Assembly: GCA_963824495.1 (NCBI GenBank)
Contig: CAWGPQ010000014.1
Location: 32,001-96,000 of the forward strand
Source: an uncultured bacterium
Lineage (GTDB): Bacteria; Babelota; Babeliae; Babelales; Babelaceae
Reading direction: 5' to 3'
DNA: 64,000 nt
Shown: one piece after another, positions 18,633 through 29,011 of the stretch
How the letters are laid out: every line of letters starts with the position of its first letter
How positions within the stretch are numbered: position 1 is the first letter of the stretch
Position numbers and translations under genes: made by a program
Notes under the pieces: generated by a model
Told to the model about the DNA's origin: nothing
Databases searched by the model: none
Seen by the model: the letters and a program-made list of their open reading frames with translations, nothing else

Positions 18633-20090
18633 TTAGAAATTATGATGAGGGTTAGGCAAGAATCCAACTATACGTGCTATAATTTCTTCAGGCATGCCAG
18701 GCAACACGCGTCTGCCTTGGTCTATTAATTGCTGAAAGAGTTTCTCATCGCGCAAGATTTCAGGTATAATTATTTCCCGTCTGAGCACATCCATAATAGC
18801 ATTCTTACTTGATCCCTGTATGAGATCGAGTGGTACCTCATTTCTATTATTTCTTATGGTATAGTTAGCGCCGGCGGTAAGCAGTGCCTGAGCTATACCT
18901 GCATGGTTACGCTGTATTCCTATGTGTAACCATGTATTTCCACTGTTCTGTATTGCTAGATGTAGCGGTGTATTCCCATCATTATTTCTTATGTTAACAT
19001 CGGCACTACTATCATTAAGCAAGCTTATAACATCGTCTATTTTATTACAAAGGACGGCATTATGAAGCGGAGTATTGCCATGGTTATCACGAGCCATAAC
19101 ATAGCTTGCAATGTGAGTTGTAACTTCGGGAGGAAGATTACCAAGACGGCCTTCATGACGTCCATCTCGTGTTAGGTTCCAAAGGATAGTTTTGACCACA
19201 TTGTGTTCAAGGAACTGGGCACAAGTACGAGCTTTCTGCCGACCACGTAACTTGCTTTTACTATTAGCTATACCCCACGCTGTATAACCATCATGATTAT
19301 TTATATCTAAATGGGCACCTGCAGCAAGTAATAGCTTAACTACTGCAATATTACCATAGCATGCAGCATAGTGCAGAGCAGTATTACCCTTATTATCCTT
19401 ATGATTAATATGAGCACCATGCTCTAAAAGAAGCCTAACTAAATCTATTCGTCCAACTTTAGCTGCTTCTATCAAACTAGTAGTCGTGAACACGTTATTG
19501 TCTTGATTAACGTTAACGCTATGCTCTTCCATAAGTATTTTAGCTATATCTGTACGCCCATAGCGAGCCGCCAACATGAGAATAGTCCCGCCACAATTAT
19601 TGGTGTGATTAACATCAGCCCCATGCTCTATAAGCAGTCTAATTGTATCAGTAGTGCAATATGGAACTGCTTCCATAAGGGCACCACGATGAATATTAGC
19701 ATCATGTTCTATAAGCAATCTAACGATCTTTCCATACCCATTCCAAGCTGCATCTTGTAGAGCAGTCATACAACAATACCTATCAGCATGATTAACGTCA
19801 GCACCATGCTTTATGAGTATTCTGGCTATCTTTCGATGTCCTTTCGCACATGCATTCATAAGAGCAGTTTTGCCAGTATTATCGGTATAATTAACATCAG
19901 CACCTTGAGCAAGTGCTTCTTCTACAGCTTGCGCATTTCCCGTTTCTGCTGCCTTTAACAATTGCTTATTGGGCTGCTCATTAGGCTGAAGCTGATCTTG
20001 TTCTTCATTGAGAAAATGCATGCTTACAAGTTGATTTGAACTAAACAGAAAGATTATAGAGCTTACTAATATTAAAGTACGCTTGTTCAT
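18633..20090 (-). CDS. Secreted ankyrin-repeat protein with two F-box-like motifs
   Basis: Signal ...QLVSMH; many ANK repeats; LGNLPPEVTTHIASYV and LPGMPEEIIARIVGFL; tail PNPHHNF. Confidence 0.9.
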   Translation of the reverse strand: MNKRTLILVSSIIFLFSSNQLVSMHFLNEEQDQLQPNEQPNKQLLKAAETGNAQAVEEALAQGADVNYTDNTGKTALMNACAKGHRKIARILIKHGADVNHADRYCCMTALQDAAWNGYGKIVRLLIEHDANIHRGALMEAVPYCTTDTIRLLIEHGADVNHTNNCGGTILMLAARYGRTDIAKILMEEHSVNVNQDNNVFTTTSLIEAAKVGRIDLVRLLLEHGAHINHKDNKGNTALHYAACYGNIAVVKLLLAAGAHLDINNHDGYTAWGIANSKSKLRGRQKARTCAQFLEHNVVKTILWNLTRDGRHEGRLGNLPPEVTTHIASYVMARDNHGNTPLHNAVLCNKIDDVISLLNDSSADVNIRNNDGNTPLHLAIQNSGNTWLHIGIQRNHAGIAQALLTAGANYTIRNNRNEVPLDLIQGSSKNAIMDVLRREIIIPEILRDEKLFQQLIDQGRRVLPGMPEEIIARIVGFLPNPHHNF

Positions 20091-20176
20091 GGTTTGCCTT
20101 TGTTTAAGCTATATTTTTATTTAAAATGACAAATTTTAATTGTTTTATTATAGCTTACAGTATATTGTTCGGTCAA
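20091..20176 (-). promoter_or_regulatory. Ankyrin-cassette promoter/leader, copy B
   Basis: TTGACC-18-TATAAT and the same leader as copy A. Confidence 0.8.
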
Positions 20177-20244
20177 GCCTCTAAAGCACTTGAAATTCGC
20201 ATTGCTAACGATTGAAGAATATAAAAAAAGCGGAACTTTTCTAT

Positions 20245-20925
20245 TTATCTTGACCATGACTTATGCGCTTTGCGCTTATGCTTTGTAGTGTTTGCGGCAG
20301 AAAGCTGCTTGTATATTTTTGCGTGCCCAAGCTCGCCTGCAATTTGCATTATAGTTTTTCCATTAACACCAATAAGGTTAGTATCGGCACCAAGTTTTAA
20401 GAGCACCTTCACAGCTTTATCGTTATTTTTAAGTACAGCCAGATGAAGAGGTGTTCTCCCTTCGTTGTCGGCTATTTCTTTGTTTGCGTTGTAATGTTTA
20501 ATAAGAAGTTTAATAGTACCAGCATAATCTTTGTCTACGGCTAGTGCTAATGGGGTTGAGCCATCGCAAGCTCGAGCATTAACATTAGCGTTATGTTCAA
20601 GGCAAAGTTTTGTTGCTTCTTTGTTCCCTCGCTTAATAGCCCAATGTAATGGAGTTTGTCCGGCAGCGATAATGGTATTAATATCGGCACCACGCTTGAG
20701 TAAAGTTTCTACACTTTCCCAATCATCATTTTCGACGCTATGGCACAGCTGGGCACTTAAGTTTCGTTGATCAGGTTGTGGCTTTGGTGGTTGCTCTATT
20801 ATAGTCCAGCTATCATCGTTATCTAAATCTTCTGGTTCCTGAATGTCTTGCATACCATTTGCATTGTAATAAGTACCAAGCATGCTTAAGCTCATGATTG
20901 TTAATGTTCTCAGTTTTTTTGACAT
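20245..20925 (-). CDS. Secreted ankyrin-repeat protein with basic C-terminal tail
   Basis: Signal ...NANGMQ; GQTPLH, GSTPLA, GRTPLH repeats; tail KHKRKAHK. Confidence 0.85.
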   Translation of the reverse strand: MSKKLRTLTIMSLSMLGTYYNANGMQDIQEPEDLDNDDSWTIIEQPPKPQPDQRNLSAQLCHSVENDDWESVETLLKRGADINTIIAAGQTPLHWAIKRGNKEATKLCLEHNANVNARACDGSTPLALAVDKDYAGTIKLLIKHYNANKEIADNEGRTPLHLAVLKNNDKAVKVLLKLGADTNLIGVNGKTIMQIAGELGHAKIYKQLSAANTTKHKRKAHKSWSR

Positions 20926-21004
20926 GAAATACTCTTTTTGTGTAGGTGAATTACGTGAAAGATTGGTTGAGCATCTCTAGCTTACGAAAAATATGTACGT
21001 CTGA

Positions 21005-21856
21005 CTAGCTTTGTTTGCGTATAGTTGCTTCAATACATGGAGCTATACTGAGTACCTGTATACGAGCATGAGTACTTTCTTGAGGAAGTGTATCAGTCAC
21101 GTATATGGTTTGTAAGGGACTAGCTTCAAGTGCTGCGTAAGAGCCTGGAGAAAAAACGCCATGTATAGCACAGGCGTCGATGCTTTGTGCTCCGTATGTT
21201 GTTAGGAGCTTACTTGCATTAATAACGGTTTTTCCCGTTGAAATAAGGTTGTCAACAATGAGCACTTTTTTATGGTTGATTTCATCTTGAGCATCGAGTA
21301 TGGTAACCTGCTCGTGTTCTGGTCGTATTTTAGTTAAAGATATAGAACTTTTAGCACATTGTGTGCTCATGGCAGTTACCAAATCATAGGCACCTTTGTC
21401 GGGAGCTGCCACGGCATCGTAAGGTCTTGCTATAGTACAGAGTAAATCCAGGGGAACAATAGTAGTAAAATTTAATAGGGTATGCAAAGATTCATTGTGA
21501 GGGTGAATTATAAAAATCTTGTTAAGTTTAAAAGTTTTTAAGAAATTACAGATTACTTCCGAGCTTAAGGCCTCCCCAGGTTCTGCTCTGTCTTGACGTG
21601 CATAGCCAAAATAGGTAATAAAAAGGTTAATTATGGCATGCTCACGCTGTAAAGCATCAATGAGAAAAAACAGCTCAAGGAGACTATCAGCCGGTGGACA
21701 TGTAGCAGCAACAATCCAGACAATCTTGCCTCTTACGTCTTCTTCGACTTTAATATATAACTCACCATCGCTAAACTTTTTGATAAGATAATTACCCTGT
21801 TTAAGAGCTATACTTGATGCCAGATGGCGTATCTGAGTCGTATAGAATACGATCAT
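21005..21856 (-). CDS. prs: Ribose-phosphate pyrophosphokinase-like protein (divergent)
   Basis: FSDGE, YFGYARQDR, APDKGA, IVDNLISTGKT, HGVFS, VTDT. Confidence 0.8.
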   Translation of the reverse strand: MIVFYTTQIRHLASSIALKQGNYLIKKFSDGELYIKVEEDVRGKIVWIVAATCPPADSLLELFFLIDALQREHAIINLFITYFGYARQDRAEPGEALSSEVICNFLKTFKLNKIFIIHPHNESLHTLLNFTTIVPLDLLCTIARPYDAVAAPDKGAYDLVTAMSTQCAKSSISLTKIRPEHEQVTILDAQDEINHKKVLIVDNLISTGKTVINASKLLTTYGAQSIDACAIHGVFSPGSYAALEASPLQTIYVTDTLPQESTHARIQVLSIAPCIEATIRKQS

Positions 21857-22518
21857 GTCTGGTCACCTTCATAATCTTTATAGCTTTCACGTAAAAGTTT
21901 AATAGCTTCGGCGTCATCAACTTGATCAAATTCTTGATAAAACTGGCTGACGGCAAAAAAGTGCTCGGGCACAATAACAGTAGCAACTTCGTCGACCTTA
22001 TTCTCAAGATGCGATAGCGCATCACGTGGTATGACAGGTATAGCTACGATAATTTTTTGTGGTTTGCTTGTTTTAACAAGATCTATAGTAAGTTCTAGTG
22101 TTTTGCCTGTTGCTATCCCGTCATCGGTAATAATAACGATTTTGTTGGTTATATCTAAGGGAGGACGATCCCCTCTATATTTTTTGGAGCGTTCTTCTAA
22201 AACATGCTTTAACTGTTTAATTTCGCGTTGTATATGTGCTGTAATATCGGGCGATAATCGAGCAACTCGTTCATCAATAAGCACACTATCAACGCTCATG
22301 GCACCGATAGCATATTCAGGATTTCCTGGAAACCCTATTTTTTTTGTAAAAATAACATCGAGTGGAGCGTGAAGTTCATGTGACAAAACGTAGCCAAGCT
22401 CAACACCACCGCGTGGTATAGCGAGAATAATCACATGGGGGTTATCTTTGTAGGCTTTTAGTTTTTCTGCTAGCCTATAAGCAGCATCAAACCTATCTGT
22501 AAATATATCATTTTGCAT
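21853..22518 (-). CDS. Phosphoribosyltransferase family protein
   Basis: LAIPRGG, KKIGFPGNPEYAIGA, TDDGIATGKT, FFAVSQFY; start MQNDIF at 22518. Confidence 0.85.
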   Translation of the reverse strand: MQNDIFTDRFDAAYRLAEKLKAYKDNPHVIILAIPRGGVELGYVLSHELHAPLDVIFTKKIGFPGNPEYAIGAMSVDSVLIDERVARLSPDITAHIQREIKQLKHVLEERSKKYRGDRPPLDITNKIVIITDDGIATGKTLELTIDLVKTSKPQKIIVAIPVIPRDALSHLENKVDEVATVIVPEHFFAVSQFYQEFDQVDDAEAIKLLRESYKDYEGDQT

Positions 22519-22523
22519 CAGAT

Positions 22524-23876
22524 CTATACTCCTGAAGGAAACGTTTCCGGTACTTCCCCGCGCTCCCATATACTTGTGCGCTCGAGTGGTTTTACAGCAT
22601 GTGTTGTATCAATATGAAATACTGCGTCAAATTGGTCAGGCAAGCGAGCATAAAAATAATGGCTTAACCGTTCAGTCTCCGGGCGATAGATAACACCAAT
22701 AGCTCGCTCTAAGCGCTCTTTATTGAGAAGTTCTACCGTTATTTTTTCATTATCTCTGAGCAGTATGAGAAAGTTCGGAATTTTCGTATCATGAAATACT
22801 TCTTCGTAACTACCCTTAAGCGCTGGTCGTACGTGCTTACGTTCAACAATATCCCCCCAATCAGATGCTGCAGATACTGTGCCAGTATAGGTTGTAAAAC
22901 CGACTAACACTGCTTGACTGCCATAGTGTTGGCGAACGAGCTGGCCAAGATTAAGTTCGCCTCTATGAGCCATCTCTGTTGCTTGAGCGTTGCCCAAATG
23001 GGAATTGTGAGCCCAGACGACAATCTTTGCCGCATTTCCTGTACGTTCAAGATGAGCTACGAGTTCAACGAGTGTTTCCATCATATGACGATCACGTACA
23101 TTCCAAGAAATAGTGTCATGAGTAAACAATGAACGATAATAGTGTTCAGCGTTGCTGACTACACGAGCATTTTGCTCAGCATAAAAGAGTTCATCTTGTT
23201 CTACTAAACCCTCACGTTGTAGCACATCAAATGAACGCAGTCTTAATTCTTTAAGCTGCTTAATAGCTTCTTTTTCACACGATAGTGCTGGACTATAATG
23301 GGCAGCATAGCCGTATCCTTGTGCATCTTGCCAAAAGTGATCGAAGCACGAATAGCGATAGCGTGCCCGCTCGGCTGCTTGCTTATCAACTTTCTCAAGA
23401 TAGATGAGTACTTCTTCAATCGAAGTATACAGGCTATAGAGATCCAGCCCATAAAATCCAACTTTAGGGTTGGTAATCGGCAAGCTTCTATTATATTCAC
23501 CGAGCCAGGTTATGAAATCAAGAACATCAGTATTGCGCCACATCCAAGCAGGAAAACGCTTAAAGCCTGCTAAAGCTTCATTAGCTGTTATGAGTGGGTC
23601 ATTCTGGTGTACATAACGATTAACTTGATAGGCATCTGGCCAATCTGCTTCGACTGCAACCGCATTAAAGCCTTTTTCGGTAATAAGTCGCTGAGTAATT
23701 TCAGCACGTTTCTTATAAAACTCATGGGTTCCGTGGGATGCTTCTCCCAGTAGTACAAAACGAGCATCACCTACTCGTTCTAATAACGCGTCATAATCTT
23801 CTAAGCTTCCCTTAAGGGGATGAGCAATCGCGCGTAGTGCTTGTGTCAAGACTTGCTCTTGAGATATTTTTGGCAT
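22524..23876 (-). CDS. Erythromycin esterase family protein
   Basis: LLGEASHGTHEFY, VAVEADWPD, FYGLDLYS, WAHNSH, ERAIGVIYRPETE. Confidence 0.9.
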   Translation of the reverse strand: MPKISQEQVLTQALRAIAHPLKGSLEDYDALLERVGDARFVLLGEASHGTHEFYKKRAEITQRLITEKGFNAVAVEADWPDAYQVNRYVHQNDPLITANEALAGFKRFPAWMWRNTDVLDFITWLGEYNRSLPITNPKVGFYGLDLYSLYTSIEEVLIYLEKVDKQAAERARYRYSCFDHFWQDAQGYGYAAHYSPALSCEKEAIKQLKELRLRSFDVLQREGLVEQDELFYAEQNARVVSNAEHYYRSLFTHDTISWNVRDRHMMETLVELVAHLERTGNAAKIVVWAHNSHLGNAQATEMAHRGELNLGQLVRQHYGSQAVLVGFTTYTGTVSAASDWGDIVERKHVRPALKGSYEEVFHDTKIPNFLILLRDNEKITVELLNKERLERAIGVIYRPETERLSHYFYARLPDQFDAVFHIDTTHAVKPLERTSIWERGEVPETFPSGV

Positions 23877-23958
23877 AGCGCCTATCCCTTATTGAGAAAT
23901 TAAGATCGCCCTTCGCTGATCTTTAGTTAAGCAAGAGTTAGCACAAAAGTGCAAGAGA

Positions 23959-24981
23959 TTAGGGAAGGCCAAGAGCCAAAACAAACTGGGCAATTTTTTT
24001 CGCAACATCGAATGGAAGAGGCTCAACTGCACCTTTGGGCTGCCATGCAAAGCCGCCGCTAGAGCCTAATTTTGATATACTACTAAACACAGTACGACTT
24101 GCTTGTCCTTCTGAAAAAAGTTCTACAATATCAGCCCGATGGTATTTTTGGGCAAGAGATACAGGTGAATCACCATGCTGGTTAACGAGATGAGCTAGAG
24201 CTCTCTGCGCAAGCAAAATTTTAACTGCGTTTAGCTTACCATTACGAGCTGCTAAGTGTAACGGTGTATTGCCATCTTCATCTTGAGCACCTACTTCTGC
24301 TTGATGTTCTAAAAGTAGCATAAGAGCGTCACTCTGTCCTTGCGCTGCAGCCCAATGGAGCGCAGTCATATGCATCTCACCTTTCTCATTAATCTTAGCT
24401 TGTGATGTTTCTCGATGCTCCTTAGATAAAAGGTTTTTTAACCGTGCTTTGACACTTAGCTTTGGTTGTGTTAAGGTTCCTGTAAGAGCTTGCAGAGAAA
24501 GCTTGGGTAGTGTTTCTTTTAGACGGCTTTTTACGGCTTTAATCATCATCTTGTTGTGAATAGTTACGCCTTCCGGACGGGCTCCATGTGCTAAAAGCAT
24601 TAATAATATGGCCGTATAGTTGCGATTGACTGCCATTTGTAAGTGATCTTCTTGTTGGCATTGTGCTCCATGGCGCAAAAGTACTTTTACCGTTAAGCTG
24701 TTATTCCAGTAAATTGCTGCTAAAAGAGGTGTGCCTCCAGAGCCTTCCAAATTTTGAGAGATATAATTAACATCGAAAGTTGGATCTACCTTAAGCAGAG
24801 ATCTTATATCCTGTACCACATTATCACCCATTAATATATACTTATCAAATTCTATTCTCTTGTTTTGCAGGTCATCATCTCTTTGCATGCTTATGATGGG
24901 GTATATCGAAAAGAGAGTCAGGACGAGTGCTAGGCCAGAGAGAGTGTAGCTTGTTATATTCTTGATTTGCGTGCGTATCAT
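23959..24981 (-). CDS. Secreted ankyrin-repeat protein with C-terminal F-box-like motif
   Basis: Signal ...PIISMQ; MTALHWAAAQG, GNTPLHLAARNG; PLPFDVAKKIAQFV. Confidence 0.85.
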   Translation of the reverse strand: MIRTQIKNITSYTLSGLALVLTLFSIYPIISMQRDDDLQNKRIEFDKYILMGDNVVQDIRSLLKVDPTFDVNYISQNLEGSGGTPLLAAIYWNNSLTVKVLLRHGAQCQQEDHLQMAVNRNYTAILLMLLAHGARPEGVTIHNKMMIKAVKSRLKETLPKLSLQALTGTLTQPKLSVKARLKNLLSKEHRETSQAKINEKGEMHMTALHWAAAQGQSDALMLLLEHQAEVGAQDEDGNTPLHLAARNGKLNAVKILLAQRALAHLVNQHGDSPVSLAQKYHRADIVELFSEGQASRTVFSSISKLGSSGGFAWQPKGAVEPLPFDVAKKIAQFVLALGLP

Positions 24982-24990
24982 GTGAGTTTG

Positions 24991-25446
24991 TTAACCATAA
25001 GGATTGCTTTGCAAGCTTATTTGTAAGCTTAATTGAGTAATAGGCCTTTCAAAGCGATTTGCCAATATTCTCATAAGGATACAGTATTTGGTTATTTTGA
25101 CTGATAAATGGTCTGCTCCTGGCTCATGGTAGGTGTCAGAGGTTTGGCCACGGTCATGTATCATGTTGAGCAGATCATGGTTTTCCTCTTCTGTAACGAG
25201 ACCGAGCCTATAGGATTCTTTCAGTGCTTGATCAAACTCAAGAGTCTCGATACCGTGTGTATATTCGAGGAAATTTTTAAGAAATTGCCACCAAGCCTGA
25301 TAGCAGTGCTTAAACCGATGTATCTGAGAATCACGTAGTATAATGTACATTAAACGATCATTAGCTTTGGCTAACTGTACGGTAGGCTCTTCCAGTAGAG
25401 CAAGTGATGTAGTAAGAATCTTATACCGAAGTTGGAGTCTTTTCAT
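24991..25446 (-). CDS. HEPN / nucleotidyltransferase substrate-binding (HI0074-like) protein, degenerate
   Basis: LRDSQIHRF...WQFLK and DRGQTSDTY align with the RDS.IQRFE / RN.TSHTY family pattern. Confidence 0.65.
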   Translation of the reverse strand: MKRLQLRYKILTTSLALLEEPTVQLAKANDRLMYIILRDSQIHRFKHCYQAWWQFLKNFLEYTHGIETLEFDQALKESYRLGLVTEEENHDLLNMIHDRGQTSDTYHEPGADHLSVKITKYCILMRILANRFERPITQLSLQISLQSNPYG

Positions 25447-25463
25447 AGATCATTGTGCTTTCA

Positions 25464-25498
25464 GAAACCCCTCGCTTGAGTAAGGGGAGGAGAAAGCG
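25464..25498 (+). mobile_element. Possible IS200/IS605-type end hairpin remnant
   Basis: GAAACCCCTCGCTTGAGTAAGGGGAGGAGAAAGCG: CCCCT/AGGGG stem followed by AGGA. Confidence 0.35.
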
Positions 25499-25570
25499 TA
25501 AACCTGGTTAAAGCAATTTTAAAAAATATAACACTAATGTAATGTTTAGTCTAATAGCTCCTATAGGTGT

Positions 25571-26598
25571 TCAATCGTGCATGATGTCTTCTACATGCCT
25601 TCTGCGTCTTATGTTGGTATCAGTGGTGCTCATAGGACTGTAATCACCGAGAGCTACATTCTGATCAAGTCTATCAACAATATGCGTATGACCCATGCGT
25701 CTGGCAAGTCCCAAAGGAATATATCCCTCGTTGTTATGTATAAGTGTAGCCTGAGTATTATGAGCAAGTAACACTTGAACACAATAAGATCATTGCCATT
25801 ACGTGCAGCTAAGTGTAGGGCAGTATTACCCTCGTTATCCTGTATAGTTAGATTAGAGTTATACCCATTAACTAAATCTTCAACAAGTTCGTTATAATTC
25901 TGAGCAACTGCCCAGTGTAGTGCTGTCATTCCAAAGTTATCGCGATAATTAACGCTATTAGTCCTATTAGGTAAGAAGTAGCTCATGAGCTTGTCAAAGA
26001 TGACAGTACCGTTTTTATCAAGGAGCCGCATAGCACCTTCTTTGTCCCTTATGATGATTGCTAGAGCCAATGGTGAGACTTTGCTTTTCTTTAGTGCTTG
26101 TATACTTATGTTCCTTGCTTGAGCTGATGTGATAGGTGGTATAATGGCACCATAGCGTACAAGCACGTTAACTATATCAGTGTGTCTGTTTTGAGCTGCC
26201 CACATAAGAGCAGTATAGCCAGTACCGGTAGTATAATTAACATCAGTTCCATGCTCTAAAAGCAGTATTCGTATGTCCATATAGAGCTGCTAACCTAGCT
26301 GCAGTATTGCCATTATTATCAGCTTGATTGACAAGTGCACCATATATCTTGCCTCCCATTAGCAGCTGCCCATATAAGAGCAGTATAGCCATTTTCATCA
26401 GCACAATTAACGTCAGGACTTTGATCAAGCAAAGAGGTTACGGTATCTTTATCTCCTGCTTTTGCTGCGCCTAGCAATTGATTATTAATCAGTTGAAGTT
26501 GGTTGTGCTCTCGGTTGATGGGCTGCATGCTCATGAGCTGATTTGCATTAAGCAGAAAAAATTATAAAGCTTACTAATATTAAAATATACCTTTTCAA
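25571..26598 (-). pseudogene. Decayed secreted ankyrin-repeat cassette gene
   Basis: TTG start at 26598 with a signal peptide broken at a T6 run; fragments 26319-26534, 26243-26428, 25654-26280 and 25571-25774 are ANK pieces separated by frameshifts and multi-codon deletions. Confidence 0.85.
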
Positions 26599-26683
26599 AT
26601 TATGTCCTTTTTAAACGGCGTTTTTATTTAAAATGACGATTCTTGTAATTGTATATCGTGGTTTGCAGTCTGTGCTTTGTCAA
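26599..26683 (-). promoter_or_regulatory. Ankyrin-cassette promoter/leader, copy C (degenerate -10)
   Basis: TTGACA-17-CACGAT; leader TCGTCATTTTAAATAAAAA; AAGGA RBS. Confidence 0.65.
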
Positions 26684-26817
26684 ACCATAGTAAGGTGTCC
26701 TAAGGGAAATATTGAACAGTGATGGTGGTCGCCAGTGCTAGAAAAAAACTCTTGAGATACTATGAAATAGGTTAGGCCTTCGCTTCGCTAATGTCATGAT
26801 TGTATTTAAGCAAGAAG

Positions 26818-28179
26818 CTAAGAGTTTGAATTGGAGTTTGATCTTAATTGAGCAGGTTGTCTGTGAGCTACAACGAAACCAGCAATGCGCGCAGCAATTT
26901 CAGCAGGAAGTATACCATTGGGTACAACGGGTAAAGGCTGTGCTGTTCCATTCGTATTGTTATCGGTATGGAGTACGCCTAATCGTCCTTGTTGGCCCTC
27001 AGTTGATAGTAAGCGGAGCAATGCTTGACCTGCTATAGGCTCAAGAAGATCTCTTATAGCACGATGGTGAGGATATCTTTGTGCGAGAGACCGAGGAGTT
27101 AACCCTTGACTATTACGAATGTTCATATGAGCGTTGGCTCGCAGTAACTGTCTAACGATAGCTGTGCGTCCAGCTCGAATAGCCAGGTGCAATGGTGTAT
27201 CACCATTGTTATTTTGAGCACTGATATCTGCACCACAAGCAAGTAATACTTGAAGAATAAGATCATTACCATTACGTGCAGCTAAGTTTAGGGGAGTATT
27301 GCCTTCGTCATCTTGTATAGTCAAATCGGGGTTATACTCAGCAAGCAAATCTTCAACGAGAGCACCATAATTTTGAGCAACTCCCCAGTGTAATGCTGTC
27401 ATGCCAAAGTTATCGCGATAATTAACTCTATGTGGTAAGAAGTAGCTCACAATTCTGCCAACTATAGTAGCGTTATTTTCATCAAGAAGCCTTATAACGG
27501 CGTCTCTATTTCTAGTAATAATTGCTCGAGCTAGCGGTGAGATTTTTGTCTCGTCTAATATTCTTATAGTCAGCTCTCTATCTATTGCCGGTGGTAGTGG
27601 AGCACCATAACGCAAAAGTAACGTAATTGTATGTGTCCTTCTGCCTATTGCTGCCTCTATAAGCGCAGTGCTACCAATGTTACTAATATAATTAACATCT
27701 GCACCATGCTCTACAAGCACTCTAGCTATCTCTGTAGAGCTATGACAAGATACGCATGTAAGAGCGGTAGCCCCCCGATTATCAGCATGATTAATGTCAG
27801 CCCCATGCTCTATAAGCACTCTAACTATTTCTCTTTGCCCGGGATGACCTCCATGGACTGCACCTATAAGAACAGTAGAGCCATTTTTATAAGTCTGATT
27901 AACGTGAGCACCACGATCAATAAGTACTCTAACGGTATCTACATGTCCATAGGCAGCTGCTTCCCTGAGAGCAGTAATGCCATCTTGAGTGGTATAATTA
28001 ACATCTGCTCCCTGATGGAGCAAAGAGGTTACGGCACCGTTACGTCCCCCTTTTGCTGCCTCTATGAGGCTCTCATTATGCTGAAGCTGATCTTGGTCAG
28101 AAAGTTGTATGCATATGAGCTGATGTAAGCTCAACAGGAACATAATAAAATTTGCTAAGGCTATAATATGCCTGCTCAC
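26818..28179 (-). CDS. Secreted ankyrin-repeat protein with C-terminal F-box-like motif
   Basis: GTG start and signal peptide; many ANK repeats; ILPAEIAARIAGFV; tail RSNSNSNS. Confidence 0.9.
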   Translation of the reverse strand: MSRHIIALANFIMFLLSLHQLICIQLSDQDQLQHNESLIEAAKGGRNGAVTSLLHQGADVNYTTQDGITALREAAAYGHVDTVRVLIDRGAHVNQTYKNGSTVLIGAVHGGHPGQREIVRVLIEHGADINHADNRGATALTCVSCHSSTEIARVLVEHGADVNYISNIGSTALIEAAIGRRTHTITLLLRYGAPLPPAIDRELTIRILDETKISPLARAIITRNRDAVIRLLDENNATIVGRIVSYFLPHRVNYRDNFGMTALHWGVAQNYGALVEDLLAEYNPDLTIQDDEGNTPLNLAARNGNDLILQVLLACGADISAQNNNGDTPLHLAIRAGRTAIVRQLLRANAHMNIRNSQGLTPRSLAQRYPHHRAIRDLLEPIAGQALLRLLSTEGQQGRLGVLHTDNNTNGTAQPLPVVPNGILPAEIAARIAGFVVAHRQPAQLRSNSNSNS

Positions 28180-28264
28180 AATGTATCTTTTGGGCGTATT
28201 TTTTATTTAAAATGACAACCTTAATATAATTATATAATGTAACTTATAGCTCATGCTCTGTCAA
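28180..28264 (-). promoter_or_regulatory. Ankyrin-cassette promoter/leader, copy D
   Basis: TTGACA-17-TACATT; leader TTGTCATTTTAAATAAAAAATA. Confidence 0.75.
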
Positions 28265-28347
28265 ATAGCTCAGTATAGGTTAATCACATACAGATAAGGT
28301 TTAGGCACAATGCCCGCATAAGCAACTTTAAATATCTTAAAATTAAG

Positions 28348-28941
28348 TTATTTTTTTGATAATACTGCAAGCGTGCTGCGCAGAAGATTATCAAATGAAG
28401 TTTGGTCTAAAGAAATTGTTTTTTTAACGTGTTCCAGAGCGTTTGTAATTTCGGGCCTTGAGTAATTGAGCGAAACGAGAACGTCATTAAGCTTTTTAAG
28501 CGTTGTAAGTGGCGCCGTATTTTCGATAATACCAGTTTGGGCTAGTTTAGCCGCTTTGTCTTTAAGTTGCATAATCATGCTTTCGGCTTTTTTGGGGCCA
28601 ATGCCACTTATGGAGCTCAAGGTTCTGCTATCGCTGTTTATAAGGGCGGTGATACAAACAGCTGGTGATAGTTGGCTTAAGATAGTAAGTCCAATTTTGG
28701 GTCCAAGACCAGAAGCACTTAAAATAAGCGTAAAAACAGCTTTTTGAGCATGCGAAGTAAAACCGTAGAGTTGTGGCCCTTGTTCTTGGTTCCAATGCAT
28801 ATAAATAAAGAGTTCTGCTTCAGTTTTGATCGTAAACTGGTGTCCCTCAGGTACCTGTATGCCAAAGCCAATACCATTAACATCCAAGGTAACGCTTGAA
28901 GCTGTACTATCGCTAATGCGACCGCGAAGATACGTGATCAT
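28348..28941 (-). CDS. ruvA: Holliday junction branch migration protein RuvA
   Basis: MITYLRG, DVNGIGF, LYGF, two HhH motifs (GLGPK, GIGPKKA), LVSLNYS. Confidence 0.93.
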   Translation of the reverse strand: MITYLRGRISDSTASSVTLDVNGIGFGIQVPEGHQFTIKTEAELFIYMHWNQEQGPQLYGFTSHAQKAVFTLILSASGLGPKIGLTILSQLSPAVCITALINSDSRTLSSISGIGPKKAESMIMQLKDKAAKLAQTGIIENTAPLTTLKKLNDVLVSLNYSRPEITNALEHVKKTISLDQTSFDNLLRSTLAVLSKK

Positions 28942-29011
28942 ACTATGTCCTATGCTGCTCTAAAGTTGACAAATTTGTCGGTTATGATAAGTTTACAGAT
29001 AATAACAAATC

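Noticed and set aside
27631..28128. 165-aa plus-strand ORF, and similar ones at 18065, 19503, 42465, 43745 and 44307
   Set aside because: Antisense to ankyrin repeats; their mutual similarity just mirrors the repeats
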